Shown: positions 40,211-50,702, counted from the first letter of the stretch. The stretch is DNA of 64,000 bases from Candidatus Bathyarchaeota archaeon (GCA_963813675.1 CAWEZP010000003.1:23378-87377); one strand, 5' to 3'. The notes: generated by a model not told the origin, from the letters alone. A program made the numbers and translations.

Positions 40211-40996
40211 TTGAAGTCACCATTTAAAAATGAAAAAATGCCTTTACTATACTTCGACTTAAGGAGAGTTATAAGATTGAGCCAAATTTTAATTGTTAAG
40301 CCTACGCTTTCTAAACCAGTTTTTCCATTGAACTTAAGAGGCTTAAAGGAGATTTTTCCAGGGTTTGCATTGGGTGATTTTGCGGTTCTGCAGGGGTCTG
40401 TTTTGTCTTTGGCATCACTATTGTGTGTGAAAGCGCAACTTCCAACTCAACTTGGAGGATTACAAAGCAGCGTTATCTTTATTGATGGAGGCAACACTTT
40501 TAGACTCTATCAAATAGCCCAATTTGCGCAGATCCATCGCCTTAACCCCAAGCAAGTTTTAGATAACATTTTCATTTCAAGAGCCTTCACAGCCTATCAG
40601 TTAACATCACTCATTACACATCAACTCAAGGAAACCATCAAAAAATACGATGCCAAACTCGTTATAATTTCAGATGTTGCAGGGTTCTTCTTAGATAAAG
40701 ACATCCCAGAATACGAAGCCCAAAGAATCTTCAGTCAAGTTACAACGTACCTTTCGAATTTTGCCAGAGAAAACAAAGTAATAATAATCGCAACTTACCC
40801 GCCACACATGGAAACGGAGAGAAATAATTCCCTTCAAACCCAAACATGCACAAGAGCAAACGTTGTGTTATCAGTAAGAAAAACAAGTTACGCCCGACAA
40901 TTTACTTTAGAAAAACATCCCTACCTAACCTCAAGCATTGCTGAGTTGCCAGATGAAAGCTCTACTTTAGCTGATTTTGTGGAGGTGGCTGCATAA
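40211..40996 (+). CDS. Inactivated RadA/RecA-fold protein (PolB2 operon); likely start TTG 40277
   Basis: PTQLGGLQSSVIFIDGGNTF, VLDNIFISRAFTAYQL; Walker A GKT is missing. Confidence 0.88.
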   Translation: MKSPFKNEKMPLLYFDLRRVIRLSQILIVKPTLSKPVFPLNLRGLKEIFPGFALGDFAVLQGSVLSLASLLCVKAQLPTQLGGLQSSVIFIDGGNTFRLYQIAQFAQIHRLNPKQVLDNIFISRAFTAYQLTSLITHQLKETIKKYDAKLVIISDVAGFFLDKDIPEYEAQRIFSQVTTYLSNFARENKVIIIATYPPHMETERNNSLQTQTCTRANVVLSVRKTSYARQFTLEKHPYLTSSIAELPDESSTLADFVEVAA

Positions 40997-41256
40997 TGGG
41001 AAAGACAGTTGAATCGTATCGAATGGCTCTGGAAGATGAAATTCACCGGTGGAGCGGCTTTGAAAAAGCATTAAGAACCGAGGAGAGACAAGCATTTGAA
41101 GCGCTAATGGATTCTTGCAGAAACTATGCCTCAGCTGGAAGCAACGCCACTAATCCTATTCTTTTCGAACCAATGGTCATGTCGATTCTACTGTCTCTGC
41201 AAGTAAAAGTTAGCCGATTAGAGAAGGCTTTAGATGCAGTCAAGCGGCAGCCCTAA
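40996..41256 (+). CDS. Small helical PolB2-associated protein (arCOG07300-like)
   Basis: MGKTVESYRMALEDEI..W.GFEKALRTEERQAFE; translationally coupled between the RadA-like gene and PolB2. Confidence 0.85.
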   Translation: MGKTVESYRMALEDEIHRWSGFEKALRTEERQAFEALMDSCRNYASAGSNATNPILFEPMVMSILLSLQVKVSRLEKALDAVKRQP

Positions 41257-43525
41257 AATTCGCGGCTGGATATTCGACGTTTACCCCTCTAACATTGGCG
41301 AGATGACAGTATGGATAATAAGTGAAACCGGTCAAAGAATCAGACTAACCGATCAATTTCAACCTAAAATCTACGTTTCAGGTAAAAAAGAAGACCAAGA
41401 AAAACTGGTCGGCAAAATCTATTCAAACCCAGATATTGCAAACTGGAATTTTGTCTACAAATTTGCACAACCGACGGATTCAGAAAAATCAAGAGTATTA
41501 GAAATCACACTCAAAGACTGCAGAAAAGTATCCTCCTTAACCAACCATATACTAAAAATAGGCGACTACATGCGCTTTGAAGTTCATAACTGCGATTTAC
41601 GCGGCGACAGAACATATTTTTTTACGCATGATTTATTCCCTCTTGCTTTCTTAGAAGTTGAAAACCTCAAAGCAGGGTTAAAGTACGCTCTTTTGGATTC
41701 TGTAGAAAGCATCGATTACACTCTTCCCCCTTTGAGAATAATGCATCTAAAAATCGAAGTAGCTAAAAAATGTAAAATAGCGAGTCTTCAAGATCCAATA
41801 GCTAACATAAGCATAGAGCAAGAAGAGAAACGAATTATAATTGACTCAGGGGAAGAAGCAGAAAAGCTCCTTCAATTAAGTAAGATGGTGAAGGAACTTG
41901 ATCCAGACATAATAGTGACTAATGGTGGCGATTCCTACTTTTTCTCATACTTGCTTCAGCGAGCAATCGTCAGTGAAGTGTCTGACAAGTTTATTCTAAG
42001 CCGAGATGAAGTTCCATTTGTTCCCAAAGCACAACAGGGAAAAACCTTCTTTTCCTATGGTCGCACATTCTACAAAGCCCCAACTATTCGCCTTTATGGA
42101 AGAGTCCATATAGACGCCGGCAACACATTCATTCTAAACGAAAGCAGCTTCCAAGGTCTATTTGAAATAGCGCGAATCTGCCGGGCACCCCTGCATACTT
42201 CCTCCCGTTCATCTATAGGATCCAGCATGTCTTCTCTGCAGTTCTACCAAGCCTTCAAACAAGAGATACTAATCCCCCGAAACAAAAGCATCCCTGAAGC
42301 CTTCAAATCAGCCTACGAACTCCTCGTGGCAGACCGAGGCGGCTTTGTCTACGAACCAAAAGTAGGCATACACGACAACACAGGCGAAGTAGATTTTTCA
42401 TCGATGTATCCAATCCTAATGGTTAACAACAACATTTCAGCCGAAACGGTGCTCTGCAAGTGCTGCCCAGATTCACATTTGCGCATCCCAGAATTAAACT
42501 ACAACATTTGTGAAAAACGGATAGGCGTAGTCCCAAAAGCATTGGAGCTTGTCGTGAACAAGAGAGTGAATTACAAAAAGCTAAGAGATAAAACCCCGGA
42601 CCCAAAACTAAAAGAAATTTACGATAACAGACAGATTGCATTGAAGTGGATTTTGGTAACTTGCTTTGGCTATTTGGGCTATAGGAACGCAAAGTTCGGA
42701 ACAGTTGATGGGCACATTGGGGTTTGTGCATTTGGCAGGGCTGCTTTTCTTAGGGCTGCTCGTATCTCTGAGAGTCGAGGGTTTGAGGTTCTCCATGGAA
42801 TTGTTGATTCGTTGTGGCTCAAAAAAGAAAACACCAACCTTGAAGAATACAGAGACTTATGCACCCAGGTAAGTGATGACATTGGGGTTCCCCTAAATTT
42901 TGAAGGACGGTACAAATGGATTGTTTTCTTGCCCTCAAAAATGCATCCGAACATTGGTGTCCTAAATCGTTACTATGGGGTAATGGAGAGTGGAAAACTA
43001 AAAGTCAGAGGTATAGAAGTACGAAAACACGATACGCCTCGGTTTGTTTACAATGCACAGATGGAAATGATCAACGTATTTTCGGCGGCGAATAACTCTG
43101 CAGAATTTATGCAGAAAATTCCCGAAGCACTAAACGTGGTAAAGGCTTATAGGCTAAAATTAATCGATGGAGAAGTGCCAATCGAGGATCTGATTATTTC
43201 AAAACATTTATCGAAAAACCCCAAGCACTACAAGCAACAAGTGAGCCAAGTTATCGCGGCAGAGCAATTGATCAAGGAAGGCTCCGAAGTCCATGCAGGC
43301 AATAATGTGCATTTTGTATTTACTGATTCAAAGAACAAAAGATTTGATCGTCGAGTAAAAGCTGAACAATTACTCGACAAAGGAGTAAACCCTGATGAAA
43401 AGAAATACTTACAGCTTTTATACGCCTCAGCCGCGAGCCTTCTGAGCTTCTCCAACTACACTGTAAAAACTGTCCAAGATTCGATAAAAGGCTATGAAAA
43501 CAAAAATCTACGCAGCTATTTTTGA
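41234..43525 (+). CDS. polB2: Family B DNA polymerase, group B2 (Dpo2-like)
   Basis: Motif A DFSSMYP, motif B KWILVTCFGYLG, altered motif C HGIVDSLW, degenerate ExoI; YYG..GKLKVRGIEVR. Confidence 0.93.
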   Translation: MQSSGSPKIRGWIFDVYPSNIGEMTVWIISETGQRIRLTDQFQPKIYVSGKKEDQEKLVGKIYSNPDIANWNFVYKFAQPTDSEKSRVLEITLKDCRKVSSLTNHILKIGDYMRFEVHNCDLRGDRTYFFTHDLFPLAFLEVENLKAGLKYALLDSVESIDYTLPPLRIMHLKIEVAKKCKIASLQDPIANISIEQEEKRIIIDSGEEAEKLLQLSKMVKELDPDIIVTNGGDSYFFSYLLQRAIVSEVSDKFILSRDEVPFVPKAQQGKTFFSYGRTFYKAPTIRLYGRVHIDAGNTFILNESSFQGLFEIARICRAPLHTSSRSSIGSSMSSLQFYQAFKQEILIPRNKSIPEAFKSAYELLVADRGGFVYEPKVGIHDNTGEVDFSSMYPILMVNNNISAETVLCKCCPDSHLRIPELNYNICEKRIGVVPKALELVVNKRVNYKKLRDKTPDPKLKEIYDNRQIALKWILVTCFGYLGYRNAKFGTVDGHIGVCAFGRAAFLRAARISESRGFEVLHGIVDSLWLKKENTNLEEYRDLCTQVSDDIGVPLNFEGRYKWIVFLPSKMHPNIGVLNRYYGVMESGKLKVRGIEVRKHDTPRFVYNAQMEMINVFSAANNSAEFMQKIPEALNVVKAYRLKLIDGEVPIEDLIISKHLSKNPKHYKQQVSQVIAAEQLIKEGSEVHAGNNVHFVFTDSKNKRFDRRVKAEQLLDKGVNPDEKKYLQLLYASAASLLSFSNYTVKTVQDSIKGYENKNLRSYF

Positions 43526-43774
43526 ACTGACCCATCTTTTTGGTTTCTTTTTAGCTTGAATATTCAACATTGCGCGCTCAATTTTTGGCTTTCTAAAGCT
43601 GTTTTTAGCTTTCAGCAAAATTTTCACCTGAGACAAAGCATTTTTCTTTTTATTTTAATAAATATCCCTTTTGGGAAAGTAACTGTTTTGACAATAATTT
43701 GCTTTTTGATATATGTGTGCGCCTGAAACATTGCTTTTATTGTTTTCATTTGAAATAAGTTGATGTGAAAGGAA

Positions 43775-43930
43775 ATGGCAAACCAAAAATTCTCCCAAAA
43801 CCTTGAGGATGAATTCGCTGAAAAATGTAGAAAGGCACTCGAAAAATCTTGGGGAATTGAAATTCCAAAACCCAAGCTAAAACAAAAACCTATGATGATA
43901 GAGCCCTCATGTGAAGGGATCACTAACTAA
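43775..43930 (+). CDS. 51-aa hypothetical microprotein
   Basis: MANQKFSQNLEDEFAEKCRKALEKSWGIEIPKP...; AAGGA upstream; tightly followed by the next ORF. Confidence 0.5.
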   Translation: MANQKFSQNLEDEFAEKCRKALEKSWGIEIPKPKLKQKPMMIEPSCEGITN

Positions 43931-43942
43931 CAGGTGAGAATA

Positions 43943-44155
43943 ATGTTCAAAGAACGATTACTTGAAACTCTAAAATTTTCTCAAAATGGGGGTAAGCCAG
44001 ATGAAGAAACTCTTCAAACGATGGCTAAAATTCAAAATCAAAAGAAACTTTCAAGCCAAGAATTTCTTAAGGTTTATGACACAATAAGGAAAGAAGGACC
44101 TAAAACAGCGTATCAAAATCCAAATAGTTGGCGAAAAAGAGAAGACACATTCTAA
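43943..44155 (+). CDS. 70-aa hypothetical protein
   Basis: AGGTGA SD immediately after the previous stop, ATG 43943. Confidence 0.6.
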   Translation: MFKERLLETLKFSQNGGKPDEETLQTMAKIQNQKKLSSQEFLKVYDTIRKEGPKTAYQNPNSWRKREDTF

Positions 44156-44208
44156 AACTTAAAACTGGTTCACACTGAACAATTGATGTTTGACGAAGGT
44201 GACAAAAA

Positions 44209-44292
44209 ATGGCTTACAATCAAGTAAAACTTTGGTTGGGAATAGTTGGCGTTTTTGTAATCTTCGGAATCATGCTTTGGTTTTTAATATAA
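44209..44292 (+). CDS. 27-aa single-TM microprotein
   Basis: AAGGTGA SD; MAYNQVKLWLGIVGVFVIFGIMLWFLI. Confidence 0.55.
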   Translation: MAYNQVKLWLGIVGVFVIFGIMLWFLI

Positions 44293-44576
44293 GAGTTCAG
44301 CGAACACAAAAGTGAATTAACAAATCAACCGGGTGGTCAGCTACCTCTTTAACGAAATCATTAAAGTGTTGTCTTTCATTGATTTAAAAATAATCTTTAT
44401 CTAAAAAAATACAATAAAAGAACAGTAAAAACACTTAATTTTAATAGGCTATTTGGATCCACAACAAGTCGCTGATAGTCCGCATTGTTCAATCTTTTGT
44501 GAACCTTGAATTCATAAATCTTTTTAACATATCTCACGTCGTACGAAATGACCTTAGTGCTTGGAAAGGGTAAAGA

Positions 44577-44846
44577 ATGAATAAAAATCAGCCTCTCTTA
44601 GACCATATTAGTCCTGCAGGTGTAGAAACAATCACATTGAACACTCAGGAAATAAATAACATATTAGGTTTAAAATTACCTAAAACAGCGCTTAACTACC
44701 GGGCGTTTTGGGAGAAATCAAAAAATAGAAATCGTGTCCAGAGCCTTTTAGGGCTCTCTTCAAGTTACACTTGCAAGGTTAAACTTAAAGAAAGAGTTGT
44801 TATTTTTCAAAAAAATACTTCAAGTAAAGACTATGCCATAATTTGA
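44577..44846 (+). CDS. Small putative DNA-binding domain protein
   Basis: ITLNTQEINNILGLKLPKTALNYRAFWE resembles the widespread (L.F.EIE..LG..LP.SA....AWW) small domain. Confidence 0.55.
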   Translation: MNKNQPLLDHISPAGVETITLNTQEINNILGLKLPKTALNYRAFWEKSKNRNRVQSLLGLSSSYTCKVKLKERVVIFQKNTSSKDYAII

Positions 44847-45496
44847 AAAGCATTTACATTAACCCTCTATTTCGTCCAAGGCGTTTTTGAATTTTAATGT
44901 AGACATAAGATTTGATATTGTTGGGCGATTTGTTTTATTTGGCATAAATCTGCGTATTTACACGTTAGTTTTTGTCCTTCTGAGCAAATGAATTTTCCAA
45001 AGCAATGAGGCGGCATATAAGATTCAAATCCTTTTTTGATAGAAAATTATAGGTCAAGATCTTGTTTTTTTACCTTTCTCAAAATCGTCTGTTGTAATGT
45101 ACTGTTGGACACATTGTTAAGTTTCTCCATTTGATATTTGATTTAAAGATTTAGAGGTGAATGAAATTGATAACTAAGAAACGGTTAATTTGGTATATGG
45201 CTCTGAGGCTTTAAACGAAAAATTACAAGTGCAAGTTCTAAGGTTTTTTAGGTTAACCGAGGTTCCAGGTGCATACTCATCTTGATCACGTTTATTCTTT
45301 TAGAAGGCGGTAAACTGTGTATCGATTATCGCGTAAAAAACTCACAGGTTGGAAATCCAAACTGTTCAGCGAGTTTGCTTTAAGGGCAAGACCTTGAAGA
45401 AAAAATCACAATAGAGATCATAGTGATGTGGTTAAATAATTAAAATCTAACTTTTTCAACTCAGAAGTTTGTTTGAATTGTTAAGAATGCAAAGAT

Positions 45497-46794
45497 TTAC
45501 TTTTTGGATTTGGATCCTGTATTTCTAAGATAAAACTTGGAAACCATAGCCACTACTAGAGTTGCTGAAATAATTACTATAACGGCAATAAAATTTGGGT
45601 TCGAAAATAAATCTTCTTTTTGTTTTGCAAAAGCTTGGGGAAACAAGAACTGAGCTGTTGGAGTATATGATAGATTTGTATTCTTGAGTGCTGCCAAGCC
45701 CAAGCGAGTCCTGGTAAACTATGTCTAGTTTGGAACCATACTGTTGAAGTAGATTTCCAAGTTCTATGCTAATTGGGGCAGACAAAGCGTCTGCCTCCCA
45801 TAGTCCCCAAATTTTATCGTCTGGACCGCGAAAACCGTACGCGTAGTCTTCTGGAAGAATGTATGCAGTTCGATCGCTAACCAGGCTCACTTTTCTTGGG
45901 TTTTGTTGAGAATATTGCCAGAATTGTTTTAAGGCATCTAAATGATCTTGCCTTAGAATGTTGTCTGTATATTCTTTGTTTGAGTTGAAGACTAGAATGT
46001 ACTTTGCTCCATTGTCATAGGCTACCAAAAGATCATTGTACAACTCTTCGCCTGACTCTATGTAGGGGGGTTGTCGGTATGTCCAGGTTATCATGACGCC
46101 CCATTGCTTGTCTTGCGCTGTTGCGGCACCCCTGCAAAGTGCAGCGTTCAATTGTCTACTGTAGTTCCAGCCAAACTGAGCTAAAAGGACATCGTAACCC
46201 GCTTGATAATCAAACTTGTAAAGTGCATAATCAGAAGTAAACAATGTAACGTTTTGTCCGCCAGAGTAAGAGTTTCTAAACCACTCAATAGATTTGCTTG
46301 TCTGCATGTTGAATTGGATACTAGCATTGGTATAGTTGTCGGCTTTTTTTACGGTTGTCCAATGAGGATCAAGATCCAATTGCCGTCCCTCCCACCTCAT
46401 CCGCATAATAGAAACCCATGAAATTGACTCCCCAACGAGCATTTGCTTCCTCAATCCAACTAGATTTGTCATTTGAAAACCAATTGAAATCTAGAGGATA
46501 ATCCTGGTAAACAATAAAGAACATGCCCTTATCGAAAAGATATTGGCATGCCTTCTCTAGCTCAAGCTTGTTTTGAGTAACGCCGGTGCAACCAAGCACA
46601 AAAATATTGGTGTACGGGCTGACTTCATCGACCAATTGCTTGATCTGATCAAAGCCACCATAGGCTATGTCAATGCCCACAAAAACATCTGGTGTATTCT
46701 CGGCTTGAACACTTGAAGAAGGAAAAACACCTAATAGGTTTAAACAAATTATCGTGATAAGAAACAAGAATCCGTAAAATCGAATCTTCATCAA
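45497..46794 (-). CDS. Secreted, C-terminally anchored protein (possible glycoside-hydrolase-like barrel), split by frameshifts
   Basis: Signal peptide; GFYYADEVGG; TSDYALYKFDY, LCRGAA, WGVMITW; C-terminal TM; three overlapping ORFs. Confidence 0.7.
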
Positions 46795-47067
46795 TCTTTA
46801 AGGCAAAACAACATATTTTAAAGTTATCCGCAAACACAGGCACAAGAATAAACTAGGTCTTTTTGCTAAAAGAAGTCAATATATATTTAGCAGTCTAAAT
46901 GAAGCAAGACCGAAAACATTACTTAGTTTTGAGAGCAAACAATTAAAAAACTAGGATATGCGGTTAGGTTGAAACTTTCAAAAAAGAAGCTCTCGGAAAG
47001 CCTTTGACGGCAAGGTTCAATTACTTATTAAAGCATTTAATGCAGTCTATCTAGCAGTTGACTCAAT

Positions 47068-47298
47068 ATGAATATTTCTGAAGCAATGAAACTCAAAATA
47101 AAAATACACGCAAGCTGCGGTATTGACCTCAAAATGCTTGACACATCTGAAGACGGTCTTGTTCTATACATTGAAAGAAAAGCAATAGACATCGGGGCAT
47201 ACAAGCTTTTGGCTGATTATACTTCCCAGAACGATTTGAACCTGCAACTCGACATCGGTAACTTCATAGTTTCTAAGAATGCACTGCCGCCTCATTAA
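47068..47298 (+). CDS. Hypothetical protein
   Basis: 76-aa ORF with normal codon composition, followed by a small hairpin. Confidence 0.6.
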   Translation: MNISEAMKLKIKIHASCGIDLKMLDTSEDGLVLYIERKAIDIGAYKLLADYTSQNDLNLQLDIGNFIVSKNALPPH

Positions 47299-47395
47299 GA
47301 CCTTCCAAAAATCTGGAAAGGCGTTGGTTCTGGAGGGCTTATTTATGCAGATAAATCTTGGGAAAAAGATTCAGCTACATAGTTGCGCTGTTTGA

Positions 47396-47665
47396 CTAAG
47401 CTTCTTCTACTAAAGGTAGCACTCGAGTGAATTCTCGGAAATACTCTAGTACTTTTGTACCGCGTTGTGTTACTGCGAAAACTGCGTAGCTCTTTTTGAC
47501 GTTCAGTTCTTCAATTAACCCTTGCTTAATTAGAAAGTCAATTTGCTCTTTTTGAATGATGCGGCTGTTATTGGCTTTGTTTATGATACGTGTGAGCGTC
47601 AATGGGCCGTTTTGCCTCAACGCTATTAGGATGTTAATATATAGTTCTAATTTCGATTGTTTCAT
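47396..47665 (-). CDS. Winged-helix regulator, paralog of 37929..38222
   Basis: SKLELYINIL, FLIKQGLIEE, FAVTQRG, VLPLVEEA shared with the 37929 gene; AGGTG SD. Confidence 0.85.
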   Translation of the reverse strand: MKQSKLELYINILIALRQNGPLTLTRIINKANNSRIIQKEQIDFLIKQGLIEELNVKKSYAVFAVTQRGTKVLEYFREFTRVLPLVEEA

Positions 47666-48173
47666 GTGTGCACCTAACTTTCCAGTTGCAGTGGTGGTAT
47701 TTCCACTCAAGAGCTAATATCTCTTTGCTATTTGTAGTTGTTTGGCTCGAACAAATTTGTAAAACCCTACATTTCGACTCAAAAGAGAATATAAAGCTAA
47801 ATAAATGAAGAAAAATTGTCAACATCGAGCACGGTTTCCGCCTTTCTCAGCCAATCGCGGATTTGGGTACGGTTAGAAAGCATAGTTCACTTCTACAAAG
47901 TCAAAGATTTCAGAGTATCTCTATTTGAGGATTGGTACTTTAAAGTAAACCAAGCTGCCAGTGCCAACGAGGAAATCAATCAATCAATCAATCACAACTA
48001 CGTGAATATCTTTCAGTATTTTCCTTATAAAAAACCTATAGAAAACTCATTAAAGAAATCGCTAATGAAGAACAATCAAGTACCTTTCTTACAATAATAA
48101 ATCGAGAAAAAACCGAAATTTATGCAGTATATTGTTCAAAGCTGATTATTTTCAAGGCTTTCTGGTGACTTGC

Positions 48174-48722
48174 TCAGTTAGGTTTAGGTAGGGAATTAAT
48201 CCATTCAGTAAGTTCCTTGAACATTTTCGTAAAACGAACATCTTCACTAACAAGCAATTTCGAATATTGTGACAGAACGTTATCGTCGAGTTTTTGGGTT
48301 AGTTTTGGCAGATTGAAGTCATATTTTTCGATAATTTTTGGACCTACCTCAAATGCTGGATCAGAAAACACCAGTTCTAACTCTTGCCTTTTTTGAGTCA
48401 TTTGAGCGTAAATTTCTTTTCTTAAATCAGAAATCCCAGCTTTCATTTTCGCGTCAATTTCAGGAAGCCCATTTTTTATTTCTTTGTCGACTTTGTCTGA
48501 GGCTTCTTTTCCACCTATAGCTTCTGCCATCCCTGAAGCCATAGCGCCCATGGTGGATCCAATCACTTGGGTAAATAAACCCATCATCATGCTCATCAAA
48601 ATAACGCTTGTATTAGCCATGGCGTAAATGATTTTATCTTCAAGAAGTATTTCTTTTTGTGGTGTAACATCCCTACTTTTTGGGGAGTGATTTTTTATGA
48701 TAGGTCCCTTTTTTCTAACCAT
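48174..48722 (-). CDS. Hypothetical helical protein with Met/Gly/Ala-rich hydrophobic segment
   Basis: 182-aa ORF, co-oriented downstream of the MBL gene. Confidence 0.7.
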   Translation of the reverse strand: MVRKKGPIIKNHSPKSRDVTPQKEILLEDKIIYAMANTSVILMSMMMGLFTQVIGSTMGAMASGMAEAIGGKEASDKVDKEIKNGLPEIDAKMKAGISDLRKEIYAQMTQKRQELELVFSDPAFEVGPKIIEKYDFNLPKLTQKLDDNVLSQYSKLLVSEDVRFTKMFKELTEWINSLPKPN

Positions 48723-48808
48723 TCAACCACCATCAATTGTTATAAGCTTTAATTAACTAATAACAGTTATCCGCTTAGAGACTACTCAAATCACTTTTGA
48801 ATAACAAT

Positions 48809-50617
48809 CTATACTTCGATTGGTTGAGCATAATTGGGAATAACAACTTTTACACCAAACATTTCTTCAAATTGTTTGCGATTGGTTGTATGGATTGGAA
48901 TGATTATTCCTGGGTTAATTCTCTCTATTAGTTCTTTGAGTTCTGGTTTGGAAGCATGCCCTGAAACGTGCCGCCTGGTAAATTCTTTTTGACCTTTATC
49001 ATTAATGTCATAATCATAAGCAATTTCGAAGAAATCCATCCAATTCAGCATTTTTGCTTCATCTATTTCCATTTCTTCGCTGAAGGGTTCGGTTGAAGCT
49101 GAAATGTAGCGGGTCTTATAATTGTTCTCGGGCTGGGTTAAGTCGAATAGTTCGTTTGCATCCCAATAAGAGAACATTAAAACGTATTGGTTAGGACTTT
49201 GTCTTATCTGGTAGGCTCTAACTCCATTTTCCAAATGATGAGTTGCCAGTTCATATATTTCTTGATAATCATACTGTTCTTCCTTACTTGTTGTCGGCAA
49301 TGGATTTTTTGTGTTGTTTGGGTCGCCACCTACACCTAACCGCTCAGCAATACGCACTATATTGAGATCAGATTGGGCGATGTTTCTTCCGTGGAAGTGT
49401 AGGTAACCTATTTTGTATTTATCGTAGTCTGTCATTGAATATAGTAGGTCACCTTCTCGTTTTAAGTAAACTTTGAGGTTGGTTTGGGTTCTTGGATCTG
49501 GGTATTCGGCAGGGAAATTAGTATGCATTTCGTAGAGAAGATATGCCAACTTAGGAGTTATTACTAGTGTGCGCCCGTTTTCTTTTGATGCTTGATAGAC
49601 TGTGTTAAATCGTGTTAGGTCTTTCCACCCAAAGTTTATTAGAACTAGTCCTTCGGAGCGTCCAATGTCAACGCTTATGTCTTTGCTAACATCATTTTCT
49701 GTCAACACTTCATCCGAGTCAACACGGGTTCCTTCAGTGATTAAAACGTCGACGGGTCCATCTATTGAACGAACATAATCATTGATCGAGACTTCGTTTG
49801 CGCCATGAAATCTCACATCCCCAGTGTAGAGAACACGTTTGGCATTTGGAAGAGTTAAAAGTACTGAGCAGGCACCGGGAACAGAATGCCCTACTGAAAT
49901 CAATTTATATTTTATTCCTTTTATTTGTCCCTCAGAGGCTGTGTTAAATGTTCGGTACAGAGGCGCAATATCGTAAGTAAACTTGAATTTGGTTTTCGGA
50001 TCTTCAACAATTGGATGCTCAACTTCTTTCTCCTCAGTACAAGCGCACTCGCCTGGACATAGCGTCTTAAAGCCATCTTCCTTTTGCTTAATCTTTACTT
50101 TCTTAGCGATTTTATAATACTGATCATCCACTCCAGAAACCGAGACATCAGTCATTGCCTTCGCCAAAACTTTGGTTTTATCTGTACAATAGACTGGAAT
50201 GCTTGGATCAATAAAACTAAGGTCTTGGATGTGGTCAAAATGAGCATGGGAAATAAATACCCCATCAACTAATGGATGCTCAGGATTGCACGGGGTGACA
50301 TCTGTGGTTTTCCAGTAATCCAAGGCTTTAACCAGTGGTATTTTTTCGCTGACCTGAGTGTTCTCAAACAAAACCGTCATATCTACCAAGTTTGGGGTAT
50401 AGATGCCGTCGATTTTAGGTAAAATCTCCAACCTGAGCATATCCCGCAAGGCATTCTTTGAACGAGCCACAAGGAACTCTGAAAAAAACTTGCAATATTC
50501 ACCCATTCTGCGGCCAAAATCCAAAAGAACCGATCCATTATCAGTCTGAAGCAAGATTTTGTTTCCTCCGATTTCATTGACCCCACCATAAAATGTTAGC
50601 TTAGCAGTCATGACCAA
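48809..50617 (-). CDS. MBL-fold / beta-CASP (RNase J-like) nuclease with insertions
   Basis: GGVNEIGGN, LDFG, ISHAHFDH, GHSVPGA, YTGDVRFHG, ITEGTR, HVSGHA, IPIHT. Confidence 0.88.
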   Translation of the reverse strand: MVMTAKLTFYGGVNEIGGNKILLQTDNGSVLLDFGRRMGEYCKFFSEFLVARSKNALRDMLRLEILPKIDGIYTPNLVDMTVLFENTQVSEKIPLVKALDYWKTTDVTPCNPEHPLVDGVFISHAHFDHIQDLSFIDPSIPVYCTDKTKVLAKAMTDVSVSGVDDQYYKIAKKVKIKQKEDGFKTLCPGECACTEEKEVEHPIVEDPKTKFKFTYDIAPLYRTFNTASEGQIKGIKYKLISVGHSVPGACSVLLTLPNAKRVLYTGDVRFHGANEVSINDYVRSIDGPVDVLITEGTRVDSDEVLTENDVSKDISVDIGRSEGLVLINFGWKDLTRFNTVYQASKENGRTLVITPKLAYLLYEMHTNFPAEYPDPRTQTNLKVYLKREGDLLYSMTDYDKYKIGYLHFHGRNIAQSDLNIVRIAERLGVGGDPNNTKNPLPTTSKEEQYDYQEIYELATHHLENGVRAYQIRQSPNQYVLMFSYWDANELFDLTQPENNYKTRYISASTEPFSEEMEIDEAKMLNWMDFFEIAYDYDINDKGQKEFTRRHVSGHASKPELKELIERINPGIIIPIHTTNRKQFEEMFGVKVVIPNYAQPIEV

Positions 50618-50702
50618 TCCCGATGTGCCAGATACAAATTAACTTACTTTAATAATTTGCCATTTAATACTTGAAATTTGGGTCTAAGCGGCTTTTGTTG
50701 AT

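Noticed and set aside
44850..45496. Cys-containing short frames (e.g. MPPHCFGKFIC.. on the minus strand)
   Set aside because: Fragmentary and without SD or recognisable family; probably decayed island sequence.
47974..47993. (AATC)n microsatellite and overlapping ORF 47816..48097
   Set aside because: Short simple repeat with no evident coding or promoter consequence; the ORF lacks support.
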